64,000 nucleotides of DNA from Pseudogymnoascus verrucosus (Eukaryota). The position numbers and the translations under genes were made by a program. Each line of letters begins with the position of its first letter. The stretch's first letter is position 1. The notes below the pieces were generated by a model. The model was given only the letters and a program-made list of their open reading frames with translations. It had not been told where the DNA came from and did not search any database. The DNA is taken from assembly GCA_001662655.1 (NCBI GenBank), contig KV460222.1; one strand, given 5' to 3'. This document shows, in pieces, positions 11,402 to 23,843 of the stretch.

Positions 11402-11900
11402 ATGCAAGCACTCACAGCAAACCTGCTAATTGCCTCTCGACTAGTGAACTACGTCTTAAAAAAATACCGTGCAGGTGGGATCCCTTCACTATCAGTCAAT
11501 GAGATCCTAGTTAAAGTGTCCTCTGTCACCCTCAGTCCAACCGACTTTAAACACATTGATGTCGTTGCTCCTCGAGGGACTATTATCGGGTGTGACTATG
11601 CTGGCAAGGTCGCCAAAGTTGGGCACAGTGCGCCCGGAAACTGGAAAACTGGCGATCGAGTAGCCGGATGGGTTCATGCTTGATAATTTCTTGACCGTGG
11701 ATCCTTTGCTGACTATCTCAAGATTCCTGGCGACTTGCCTGGAGGGTCGCCGGCAACCATTTCCGATGAAGAAGCAAGCACCTATGGGGTATCTGCTGTT
11801 ACCGCCATGCTCGCCCTAAATACCCGTCTAGCTGTTCCTTGGATAGATAGGAGCATCGAGGGAGCGCAACAAGGCCTCTCAATGCTGATCTATGCTCCAT
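11402..11900 (+). pseudogene. MDR-family enoyl reductase / alcohol dehydrogenase (LovC/ToxD-like), truncated pseudogene
   Basis: EILVKV...LSPTDFKH...IIGCDYAG.V...GDRVAGWVH is followed by in-frame TGATAA (11681-11686), then RGSFADY and a frameshift to EEASTYGVSAVTA. The C-terminal half is absent. Confidence 0.82.
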
Positions 11901-12348
11901 ATCCACAGATACTTTTTTAGAACTATACACGGATGTGAATATACATACCTGCCGTAATTCGACCTAACCAGTTTCTAAACCCAGCGAAAATCGGATCAAC
12001 AATCGATGGATCTTTGTAATCGTGCAGATAGCAAGTGAGTCCAATGCTGTGCTTGGTCGGCATGAGGAGCTCGTTCGCGGATTCGGCAAATTTTGGGGCC
12101 GACAACGTGGGTCTGTCCCGACAAGCCGCTATAGCCTGGGCCGGACAGGAAAACTGGGGTGCAAGTATCGATGGGTGGGTTTTTGTCGGAGAGCGGCATC
12201 GGGGAGGGGCATGGGGAGGGGCATGGGGATATTTTGCTGATTTTATTTATTGTGTTATATATATGTGTACATGATTGATTCCTCCTTGTTGTTGGTTTTG
12301 TTTATTATGGACAGGAGCTTGCATTTATAGCGCTTTGTTTTTATAGGT

Positions 12349-14321
12349 ATGACGACTTTACTAGGTGACAACGGCGTCACCATAACCTGCGGAGATGACG
12401 ATGTTACCACGAGAGAGAGGTTTCGCACCAGTACGCCCAGCAACGGTCTGAATCCCGTTAGCTCCAGCTTAGACACCAAAAGCGAGGAGAGTAACGAGTC
12501 GAAGGGAGCCCGGGGGTCACATGCGAGACCTGTCAGTGAGGCTGGTACCAACCGCTCAGTGAGCCACACGAGGTTGCGGAATGGAGATTTGTGTTACGAG
12601 GATATTGAGGCCGTGGAGGGGGTGGCGAAGGAGGATCCCTTTATCGTCGGTTGGAAAAGAGGGGATGCGGACCCGTTGAGTCCGAGGAGTTGGAGTATTT
12701 GGCAGAAATGGACTATTGTGTTGATTAACTCGGTAGCGGCTGTCTGTGTGTAAGTTATCCAGGAACCCTTCGGTAATAAAAGCATTGCTAATGCCTAGAT
12801 AGGACTTGCACTTCCTCAATCTACACGGCCACCTATGCCCAGATTCTGCCAGAGTTCCACAGCAGCCAGATCGTAGCCACGCTCGGGCTGTCCCTCTTCA
12901 TCCTTGGCCTTGGCTTTGGCCCCATGCTGCTCGCGCCGCTGTCCGAGTTTTATGGCAGGCGCCCTATATATCTCGTCTCCTTCGCCTTCTTCATCATCTG
13001 GATCATCTCTTCCGCCGCTGCGCACAACATGGCCACTATGCTCACCGCGCGCTTCCTCGACGGCTTCTCTGGCTCAGCCTTCCTCTCTGTAGCCGGCGGC
13101 AGCGTAGGCGACCTGTTCTCGCGCGACGACCTACAGGCGCCCATGATGATCTTCACCGCCTCGCCGTTCATCGGGCCCGTGCTCGGTCCCCTGATTGGCG
13201 GCTTTGTCAACCAGTACACGCACTGGCGCTGGACGTACTACGTGCTGATCATCTGGAGCTTTGTGCTGTGGGTGCTCCTCATCTTCTTCGTGCCCGAGAC
13301 GTACCACCCTGTGCTGCTGCGCAACAAGGCACGTCAGATCCGCGCTGACACAGGCGATGAGAGGTATAAGGCCCCGATGGACATAAGCAACAAGAGCATC
13401 CAGCACGAGATCCGCATCTCCCTCTACCGGCCCTTCCAACTGCTAGCGCTCGAATTCATGGTCATGAATCTGTGTCTCTTTTCCGCAATCCTACTAGGCA
13501 TCCTGTACCTCTTCTTCGGCGCGTTCCCGCTCGTCTTCCGTAATAACTACAACTTCACGCTCTCGCAGATTGGGCTTTCGTTCCTTGGCCTCTTTGTGGG
13601 GATGCTGGCAGCGCTAGCTACAGATTCGTTCTGGCATCAGAATTATAGGAGACTAATTAAGCAGAATGAGAACAATGGGGGCGCTGAGCCAGAGCACCGA
13701 CTCCCGCCTGCGATATCAGGAGCTGTGCTGGTGCCCATAGGGCTGTTCATGTTTGGTTGGACGACGTATAGCAGTGTGCACTGGATCGTTCCGATTATTG
13801 GGTCTACCATTTTTAGCGCAGGGTACGTCAATTCAGTCATAACTGTTGTTCAATTTGGAAATGTAGAAAGCCGTTGTCTCTGGTTTAATATTCCCCAACT
13901 GCAAGACAATGCTAAATCGCCGCCTACTATTAGTAACCTTCTCGTCTTCACAGGAATATTCACATTTCTTGTCGACGCCTATCCGCAGTATGCTGCTAGT
14001 GCACTGGCGGCGAACAGTTTCGTGCGAAGCTGTTTTGCTGGTTCGTTCTATTCCTATTTATATCACACCTTCCCTCCCCTGGGCATATTTGCTTGTGACA
14101 CAACTCTTAAAACAGACGCAATAAGTTTCATCACAGTCTCGCTAACTCTCACTCCAGCTGTCTTCCCTCTCTTTGGCGTGCAGATGTATAACAAGCTTGG
14201 ATACCAGTGGGCGACCAGCGTGCTCGCCTTTCTGACAGTAGCGATGATGCCGTTCCCGTACCTCTTCTTCCGATACGGAAAGCGGATAAGAGGGAGGAGC
14301 CGATTTGCCAAGCCGAAATAG
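12349..14321 (+). CDS. MFS transporter, DHA1 drug:H+ antiporter family
   Basis: DPLSPRSWS, LAPLSEFYGRRPIY, GPVLGPLIGG, PETYHPVLL, EPEHRL, YAASALAAN. Introns at ~12750-12802, ~13823-13934 and ~14041-14157. Confidence 0.92.
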
Positions 14322-14708
14322 GAGGTTGCTATCGAAGACTAGCATATGTGCAAGGAATATCACTCGACACCAAGATGAAGCCATCGCGTGGTGACTATTG
14401 CATACCCGTTTTTCCCGAAATCGACAACCTCGATGCGATAGACTATATGACAATCCCCGCACGGCGCCAACCCAACTCAGAAGAAGCACTTGGTGGTGGC
14501 GAATTTTTCTTCCATGACTTCGTTCAACGACAAGCTGTTGCATGGTTTGGTGCCAATGTGCTCGCAAAGACGGGCCCTAGGGTGTAGTTTTTTAATCGCT
14601 CCTAGTGGTTTCGGCACGTTGGGACTCCAAGTTTGCGTTCGCATAACCCACTACATAACGCAAGGATCGATTGCAGAGGCGACGCAGGCACTAAAGCCGG
14701 TGAGATAC

Positions 14709-16658
14709 TTACAGTTCATTTCCTTCAACCTGCTCACAGAAGCCTTTGCCTTCCGTTTTTTTGGTTTCGATGTCGCCTAGATTATCTATTCCCAAAGCAG
14801 TAAGACGCTCGTTAACAATGCGCTGGCGGTCATCGCTAAGAGGCGAACTGTTAACCGCAACCTCATCTCCAAACTTGGCTGCTATTTCCTCTAGTAGCAA
14901 GCCATTGGTCTCAGGAAGGTGCCAGAGAAGTGGCAAGCATACGGCGGGCACTATAATAAAAACAATGTAATATCTTTATGCTGTTAGTAACACTCGAAGT
15001 GAAGGATAAGGACAGGCAAGGACGAAACATACCTCCATCCAATATTAGCAAAAGCGACAGGAGCAGCCTCGGTATACATCAGAGCGCATGCGAACTGGCC
15101 TGCGATACATATTCCCAGCCCCTGGGCTCGAACTCCAGTTGGAAATATTTCGCTACAATATACGTAGCTACTAGCATCTTGGGACCCACCATAAAACCCG
15201 ATAAAAAGAAACAAAAATAAGACAGCCGCTGCGTTGCCTCCTTGATTCGATGTTGAAGCATAGCTTGCCACTAATGCTGTCTCGATGGTCATCATACAGA
15301 TACAGCCAATGAGACCGAATGTGATAATGGGCACTCGTCCAAGCCGGTCAAGGAGGTTAGCGTTGATCCAGTTAGAGAAGGCTCCCCAAGCCGAAAAAAT
15401 GGCATAAAGAAGGAGTGGGAGCCAGCCGTAGAGCCCAAGATTATTGTAGAGCAGAATCTGGTAGTTATTGATGACAAGGACGCCGGTGGACTGTGAGGCG
15501 AATCTGAATGATAGGTGAGTAGAGAAGTCGTGAGTTAGAGTGAGGAAGCGACGTACTGAACTAATAACCCCGATAGAATCCTCTTTCTGTACGACGGCCG
15601 TTTTATCATACCCCAAATACCATGTACACCTGTCTCCTCTTCAAGCTCTAATTGAATTAAAATTTGATAGAACTCTTCTTTAGCAGCTCGTTGAACTTGC
15701 TCTTCTGCGTGTAGCTTTAGGAGAATTTCTAAGGCTCGCAAGTCTTTGCCATGGGATACCAGCCATCTTGGAGATTCTGGAAGCAAAGGAGATCCGATAA
15801 GGAGAATGAGTGGAGCGACCAATTGTAAACATAAACAGAGCCGCCATTGAACCTCGGGCTTAGCAAAATAGCAGCCCAAGCCAGTAAAAGCTGCTGCGGT
15901 CTAAAAATGGGTCAATTGAGAATTTCACCTGTGGTTGACGGATCTTACGTAGCCGACAACAATTAAAACTCCGTGTGAACCTAATATAGAGGTTAGAAAT
16001 TGAGTAGTAGAACGAGCGTAGTATATCGCATTTACCAGTCATTCGACCGCGCTCTCTCGCAGGTGAGAGTTCCGACTATTGTAGACGTTATTTGACGCAG
16101 CCTGTGTGGACACTGAAGGCCTATTACCATATATGCTGGTATTGTTACCTGCATCATACCAACACCAACACCACTAAGGAACCGTCCCACGAGGATCATT
16201 GCAATATGGACAGCCCCCCCTTGGATCACAGCAGAGATAATGCAAATGACACAGATAATCTGAATTGAAAAACGCCGGCCCAGCTTATTGAGAATCAGAT
16301 TCACAACAAGAGCGCCGAAAAGCCCCCCTCCAAAGAATAAACCATTCGCAGCTAGTTATAATTACCGTTAGCTTTCTATAGGTACTGAGACGTGCTAGAC
16401 ATAGACTGTACCGCCGATGATATCATTTCCTTCTTTTGCATTTGGCCCACTGAGGGAAAGATTGAAGTAATCAAAAAATGAAGGAAGGCCAAAAATGGAC
16501 GCGATAATGGATGAGCTGTAGCCATATGTGAATGACCCAAGTGAGGCAAACAAGACCACAGTGTAGTTGTACGCATTGGCTTTGGTCAAGCCAGATATCC
16601 CATCCATTTGGTCTACAGCGAGCTGTTGTTTGCGAAATAGGATTTTTGATAAGGACAT
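14709..16658 (-). CDS. MFS sugar-porter family transporter, multi-exon
   Basis: LGSFTYGYSSS, KLGRR, GRFLSGVG, QWRLCL, LPESPRWL, QSTGVLVINNY, DRLGR, SEIFPTGVRAQG, LPETNG. Confidence 0.88.
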
Positions 16659-16898
16659 CTTCGTTGACTATGAATAAAGGCGAAGTGATGGGAGTGGAGA
16701 GTTATATCCCCCCGCAATACCCCAGATTTGAATCTGGGTCTAGGCAAACGGACCCACTTAACCATACTCGAAATAAAGGACTAGACTCTGCGCGTGCGTG
16801 GAAGTATGGGGAACACGTAGGAGCGCCCCATCCCGCCAAATTGAGAGCCTTAATATGACAGACGGGCCTCCGACAAGCTACATTTGGACGAAAATCGA

Positions 16899-16980
16899 TA
16901 GTTGTGCCGAACGCTCAGGAGGAGTCGGACCGAAGTATCGCGAAAGGCCTACCAGGGATTAGTTGTACCGAACGTTCAGG
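16899..16980. promoter_or_regulatory. 21 bp direct repeat with a CCG core in the divergent transporter/TF promoter; candidate Zn2Cys6 site
   Basis: TAGTTGTGCCGAACGCTCAGG (16899-16919) and TAGTTGTACCGAACGTTCAGG (16960-16980), 19/21 identical. The function is inferred. Confidence 0.5.
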
Positions 16981-17802
16981 CAAGGATTAGCCTCTCCGAC
17001 TCCGAACTAGCCTAACTTCAGTCATGCGAAAAACGGCACGGAAACAAAGGTTCTATTCGACATGCGATAAATTGAGTTCTTGGCGTAATTGACAGCGAAA
17101 AATCCCCCTACAGGAGAGCTGCTACCCCCTTCCTTCTTTAGCACCAAAAATCCAAAGGCTCTTTGAAGTTATGGATTATCTAATTTACTGGTATGTTTTT
17201 CTGGCTTCCCCGTACTGTTCTTGGTATGGCCGTGGTGGCGTTGTGACGTGGATTTTCAGACTTCGGAATTGAGTTACGCAGATGCCAGCCACAATGTCCC
17301 CTAGAAGCAATATGTGATACGTATATTTTGGTCATACACGACCATCACTTCCTTCTGGAATCGGAATATCCTAATAGGTTGTTGTGTATCGGCCCCACAT
17401 CGGAGTAGACTTGTTCGGAAGGTCATATGTGGATCACCGTAACGACCGCGATGTTGAACCCATCCCGGCGATGACCGGGGCATCAGCAGCATCCACAAAA
17501 CACGAAGGCTCAAGCAAGACGACGATTAACCGAATTGATGGAAAACGTTAGAAAGGTTAAGAGGGATTATAGGGGTGTATAAATCAATCCAATTAAGATA
17601 CAAGGGAAATGGAAGGGTCGGATTGAATGGACGCAAGGATGGGCCTTTTTAGGGGGTGACGAGTCTGTTTCTGCAAATGCAAAATTCAATAAATCGTCTG
17701 GTAGCGGGCTTAATCAGGTGGAGTCGCGGGGAACATTTGTTTCTTTTAGCAACAATCTCATCGAACTTCCATGCACCAACGCTGATGATTCTTGCTTGAA
17801 CA

Positions 17803-20632
17803 ATGGACCAAGTGAATGACACGGCTGATGTATTTGAATTACCTCCAGCGACCGAAGATAGCGGCTGCCAGGCCCGACCTCAGCGAAAGCGCGTTAGGCA
17901 GGCTTGCCAGCGATGTCGGAAACATAAGCTGAGAGTAAGTTGTGTGACACAATCGACAACTGAAGTGACACTACGATGATGCTAATTCTAACAACGTTTA
18001 GTGTGACAAAGAGCGTCCATGTGCCCTGTGTGTGAGGGATCAGGTGCCTTGTGTAAAGCGTGTCCTGCTAACCAACACGAGGTAGGCCCCCGCCGAATGC
18101 CAGTCCTAAGGACTAGCTGTGCATTTTTATATACCTTGAACCTCATAGTTAACATCTCTCCTAGGTCTCCCAAGCCTCAGAATGGACAGCCTCAATCTCA
18201 GATGCCGCTGACGAATGCTTCCGTATCATCGTTGTGGTCAACCAGACTAAAAGCTATGGAGAGCCCTATTCAAAGGAACTCGTTGTTTTCGTCGGCTGCA
18301 GTATCAAATCTTTTACCAGCAGAGGGCTGGAATGACACAGGCTCAAATGTCCGTCAAAAGAATCTAGATTTCTCTAGATTAAGACACCACACACAGGGTG
18401 TTTCAGCTATGGGGCTGATCAATGAAGTATGTGTCAATGGGAGCCTTTACTGATGACTTGAGTTCAGGATTCCGACTAACAACCTAGGTGTTCGATGAGT
18501 TTCAACATGAAAGCCCCGAAAATGATAACTTTGCGCTACCTGGAGGCACCCCTAATACTAAAAACCAGAGCTCTTGTTCTACTTCTGATCGTCAAGTCCC
18601 CATCGCCATGCTTCTCGGGATCGACCTTCCGCAAAAAAAAGTTACAGACTTTTTGTTGAACAAGTATATTGATTCCGTTCACTGGTTCATGATGGTTTTC
18701 CACGAGCCGACATTTCGGGAAGAATATGAAGAGATTACCAAAAGTCGTCAAGCTCCCCCATCTCGCCTTGGGTTTGTCGTTCTGTTGGCTGTAATTTCTG
18801 CTATGGGAGGTAATTCCGCCCCATGCACCTCCGAACGAACTATACCTGACTTAATGAAAACAGCAAGATATTGCACAGCGGAGGAGGCGCGAAAGTTGTT
18901 TCCGGCCCTTGATTTGGAACAGCTGAAATCGATTCTGATAACCAAGGTTCAAGAGCATATTTTTGATGTTTTCGACCGACCCGAAATAGAGGCAGTTCAG
19001 ATTTGTATTCTGCTTGGGTCTTTTTACATGTACAATGCCCAACCAAATCTGGCATTTGTAGTCCTGGGGAGCGGAATTAAAGCAGCCCAGGCCATTGGAT
19101 TACACAAGGAGGCACTATATCGACCTTCCTCTCAGGTTACTAGAGAAGTTCAAAAACGGGTTTGGTGGGCTCTTTATGTCTTTGACCGGTTTGTACCACC
19201 TCAGCTTTGTATTTAATTTATACTTTTTAACACTACGTGCCCTCAGCTTCGCATCTATCGCATGGGGAAGACCGTGCTCGATCAACGATATAGACTGTCA
19301 AGTCTCTAGCCTTGAAACACTCGATGATGCTGCCAACCCGCATCCGGACCTTCATTCGGTCGAGCAGCTTGATAACGGCAGAGTGGAAGCGGTCACAACA
19401 TTTTCATATCAAAGATTCAAGTTCAAACTTTACAGCATCGCGTCGCCAATTTTGGATGTAAACTTCATCAAGGGTGGCAATGCGGCCCAGGTGATAGAAA
19501 AAATACAATCCCTTCATGAGAGACTGCTCACATGGCATGAAAGCTTGCCGGACGAATTACTCTTGAAAAGGGAGAGCTCGTGGTCACAGCAGCCCGCGGA
19601 CACAATTAGGAAGACCTTCAGGCTCCAAGCCCTTGCCCTTCAGCTTGCCTACGACAACTTACAGATCCTCCTACACCGGCCTCTACTGCAATTCAATTCC
19701 CAACTCTTGAGGCAATCGCAAATAGAGATCCTCAAAACACCTCTGGGCGAGAACGACGCCTCCCATGATCCAAACTCTCCAAGTCCGAGGACTTTTGCGA
19801 TTAGTAAAGCGCAGTGCTGGGAGTCTGCTCTTCGTACAGCCAACATTGTTGATCACCTTGATGTTCTGAGAGCTGTGAAAGACACCCATGCCGCCGCGTA
19901 TATTGGTATCCAATTGTTCACGGCTGGTATAATGCTGAGCTTGATGGCGCTGTCGCAGCCTTTGTTGTCTCAAGCGCAGGAGGGAAAGATGGCCTTAGCG
20001 CGGGTCATATGCATAACAAAAGCTCTTGGGCATCGCACGTTACTCTCTGCCCAGAGTGGTAAGATCTTAGAAGCATTGGTTAGCGTAATAATGTCAAACG
20101 AGATGAAAGAGTTGTTAGCCAAAGAAGAAGATACGGAAAATTATGAAGAACTTCTAACAGCACATGGAACTCCGACGAGATCTGTTGGCGTTTATTTGGG
20201 GGCCAGACAACCCTCAGGCGGTGCCATGGCAACCCAGGACAGGATGGACTTTCCGAACAAGTCAATAAAAGGGTTTTACGATAACCAGGACATTGCCTAC
20301 GATATGCCTACTGCTGCGTTGAGCGAGACGGATTTCAACGAAAGCTTGCAATCAGTCCCACAGGGCAAGTTTTTGCGATCCGTTCGTAAAGCAGCTAATT
20401 ATTGATACGCTTAGTGATTCTCAATAACTTCGAAGGCAACTTCGCCAAAGATAAGAACGGAAATCCTTCCTCGACCAGCATTTCGAATGGGCAATATTCG
20501 TCGAATTTGCCGCTCGGCCAGGATATGTCGCAAAGTACACATCCTCCGATAGACGATGGCAGAATGGCAACATTATTAGTGGCTCCTACGGAGGCCTCAA
20601 CGACAGCGGGCAGACGTGGTTTTGGGACATGA
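17803..20632 (+). CDS. Zn(II)2Cys6 transcription factor with fungal TF middle-homology domain
   Basis: RKRVRQACQRCRKHKLR|CDKERPCALCVRDQVPC across intron 17935-18001. Later AAQAIGLH, KRVWWALYVFDR, WGRP, ILLHRP. The exact C-terminus is uncertain (20632 or 20643). Confidence 0.9.
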
Positions 20633-21560
20633 ATCCCCAATAATACTACATTTGGCTAACTATAGGCCTTTTGGCAAATTTAATTTCTGGAATTCCTTTG
20701 TGTCAAACCTTCGGTAGGGATTTCAGCTCCCTCCCCGCATGAAAGTCCGACCACCACGGAGAGCGTAAATACCTCGACTCTGGTGACTTTTCTCTCTCCA
20801 AGACCGATAGAGCCGGCCGACACCGAAGGCATTGGCGCGCCGCATCCTCTCCTAGAGAACATTCCACATCTCTAAGCTGGGGCGGTAGCGACAATAGCAA
20901 AATCCGTTCGGGAGTTGCTGGTGAATAACCCAGTGCAAGTCTGGTCAGGGAGAGTAGCTTACCACATCAAAAGCGAGCTCGAAACCTTTGCGCAGATTCT
21001 GAAGCCCAGCCGTCAAGGTTTCCTACCAGACCTTGATTACAGTGTCCTGTTTCCTTCAAATGACACAGCCGTATATGAGAGCTTCGAACGACCTGCTGAG
21101 ACTATGGCTGTGAGCAAATTCTTCAGCTTTCGTATGCAAGGCTTGTTTGATACGCTGCATCGCTTAGATGGTCCGAGGCATACGACAAGGTAGAGAGGAG
21201 AAGAGGGTCAATAATTGCTGCATCGGCGTAAGGGAGGCCAGAAACCATGCTCGAATTCACCAACGGCGGCTTAGATCACAGGTAATGATCCTGACTCGAT
21301 CGCTCTCATGATCTACCGCGGTATAAATCTCAGTCTGATGACCGAATGGGCTGCTTGAACTCCCGTGCTGCGGTGTGTAAGCATTCTCTCCTAGAATCGT
21401 TGGTGTTCTAACCCTGGTGCACAGACCAGTTAGCGCGCGTCCGTTTCGGCCGTGGAAGGAAGTCCCGAATCACAGGCGTTGGCGTCTTCTTGCTTCTGAT
21501 GTGCTTCCAACCGCAAAGCCATGGATAGTATGGTAAGAATTCATACGCAAATTTATAACT

Positions 21561-23179
21561 CTACATATGGATGTTGCCTATTGTGACGCACTTGATGTTC
21601 TGGTACTCAGCCAAGCCGTACTTGCTTCCTTCCCTTCCAACACCGCTCTCTTTGATACCTCCGAAAGGCGACTCCGCGGCACTGATGAGGCCTGTGTTCA
21701 CTCCAACCATGCCGCATTGCATTCTCTGCGCAACGCGCATGACTCTGCCAATATCTTTGCTGAAGAAGTAGCCCGCAAGTCCGAACTCTGTATCATTCGC
21801 AAGCGCAAGCGCTTCCTCTTCGGTTTGGAACGCAAAGATAGCCGCGAGTGGTCCGAACGTCTCTTCGTAGGCCACGTTCATTTTTGTGGTTGCTCCAGTC
21901 AGAACGGTTGGCTCGTAGAAGAATCCCTTCAAGCCTGCTGGTTTCTTTCCACCGGTGTGGAGCTTTGCACCCTTCGAGACGGCGTCTTGTACGTGCTCCT
22001 CGACTTTGGCAACCGCGGAAGCATTAACTAGAGGCCCCTGAGTGGTACTACTATCTAAGCCCCGTCCAATTTTTAAGCTCTCCACCTTAGCAACGAGCTT
22101 CTTCGTAAACTCGCCGACAACAGAGCTATGAACGAGCAACCTGTTTGCGCACTATATTTCCACAAGTATTAGAAAACAGGAACACACTGAGAGAAGCTTT
22201 GGATAGAACTGCTGATTACACTCACAACACAGGTCTGACCAGTAGACCTGAACTTTGAGATCATGGCGCCATCAACCGCAAGGTCCAAGTCAGCATCACT
22301 AAAGACCACGAATGGCGCATTTCCACCTAACTCCATGCTGACCTTCTTCATCGTTCCAGCCGCAAGCTTTGTGAGCATCTTGCCAACCCCTGTGGAGCCC
22401 GTAAAGCTCAACTTCTTGACCTTCGGGTTGGTAGCAAGTTCCAAAGAGGCGTTGTGGTCTTTTGTAGGAACCACATGCAAGCAGGAGCTTGGAATACCTG
22501 CTTCCAAGGCCAACTTTGCGAGCGCGAGCGCACTGAATGGGGTCTCACTCGGTGGCTTGATAACAACCGAACATCCTGCTGCAAAAGCGGGAGCAATTTT
22601 TCGAGTGATCATTGCGGCTGGGAAGTTCCATGGGGTGATTATCCCGCAGACTCCAACTGGTTCTTTGAACGTCAGGACTGTTGTATTATGATATGACGAG
22701 GGAATAGTATTGCCGTATGATCGAGTGGCCTCTTCTGCGAACCACGCGACAAAAGAGGCAGCATATGAGACCTCTCCTTTGGCCTCTGCCAAGGTCTTGC
22801 CGTTTTCTGAAGAAAGGATAATAGCGACTGTTAGACATTAGACATGATATTGAGAGCAGCTATCGAGAATCATACGATCATCAGCATTCTCAAGGATCAA
22901 GTCATTCCACCGTCTCAGAAGGCCGCCTCTCTCTTTTGCTGTTGTTGAGCTGTAGAATTTCTGATATCCGATGTATGCGCTGTCGATGGCCTCTACAAAG
23001 TCAAGCAGTGCGAGGTCGGCACAACGTGACAGCTCTTCGCCGGAAGATGGCTCAGTGACTGAAAAAGTCTTTCCTGATGCTCCAGTTCTCCATTGTCCAG
23101 CGACAAGACCATCGGTTACTAGAAGTGAAGGGTCCCGCAGGCCTAGCACTGATGGCTTTGGCGCTAGTACTGAATCCAT
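21561..23179 (-). CDS. Succinate-semialdehyde dehydrogenase-like aldehyde dehydrogenase
   Basis: ITPWNFPAAMITRK, SFTGSTGVGK, MELGGNAPF, catalytic TGQTCV, EETFGP, PFGGIKESG.GREGSKYG. Two introns. Confidence 0.93.
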
Positions 23180-23843
23180 GGCGATGCTGACCTTTTTGCT
23201 TGATGTTTAAATGCCCTCATGGAAGGAGAAGAAAGAAGAAAGTTCTACCTTATGAGCTACCCCCGCACATGCGTCATTCTTGGATTAATGAATCATCTTG
23301 TGATTAGTAGGAATTTGCGTTATTTAAACAAGGCAAACCAGCCTTATGAGGTAGCTCGCATGCTCGCTACGTCTTTGACCTGCCTGATTAACGGGGATCG
23401 AGTGTGGGGGGTGACTTCGACAGTTTGTCTTCAACTTAGTGTAGTCGTTTTCAAGTGCCTGCCCTCTGCCATTTCGGCATATGACAGAGCATTTCTTGAC
23501 ACCCTGGTGACCCACCGGACCCACCATCACCCCGATTGGCAGCCTTGAGTTTTACAATTCCGAGTTCCGGTGGGATTGCTTCCGGTGGATGTTGAAGTCG
23601 GCAATATTGCATCCGAGGTGTGATTAGCTATTCCACGGGCTGGAACATGCGATGAGCTGCAAGTACCCACGGAGACATCATTCGGCGAGTGCAATAAGGG
23701 GATTTGATGATGGGCATCTTGCCACAATTCTGCAGCAATGTGGCAGCCCCTATTAAAAGTCGACGTCTTGTCGACGGGGAAAAGACGACACAATCTCAAT
23801 CCTTTAAAGTTTTCTCTTGTCGCGAATACCCTCCATTCTCATC

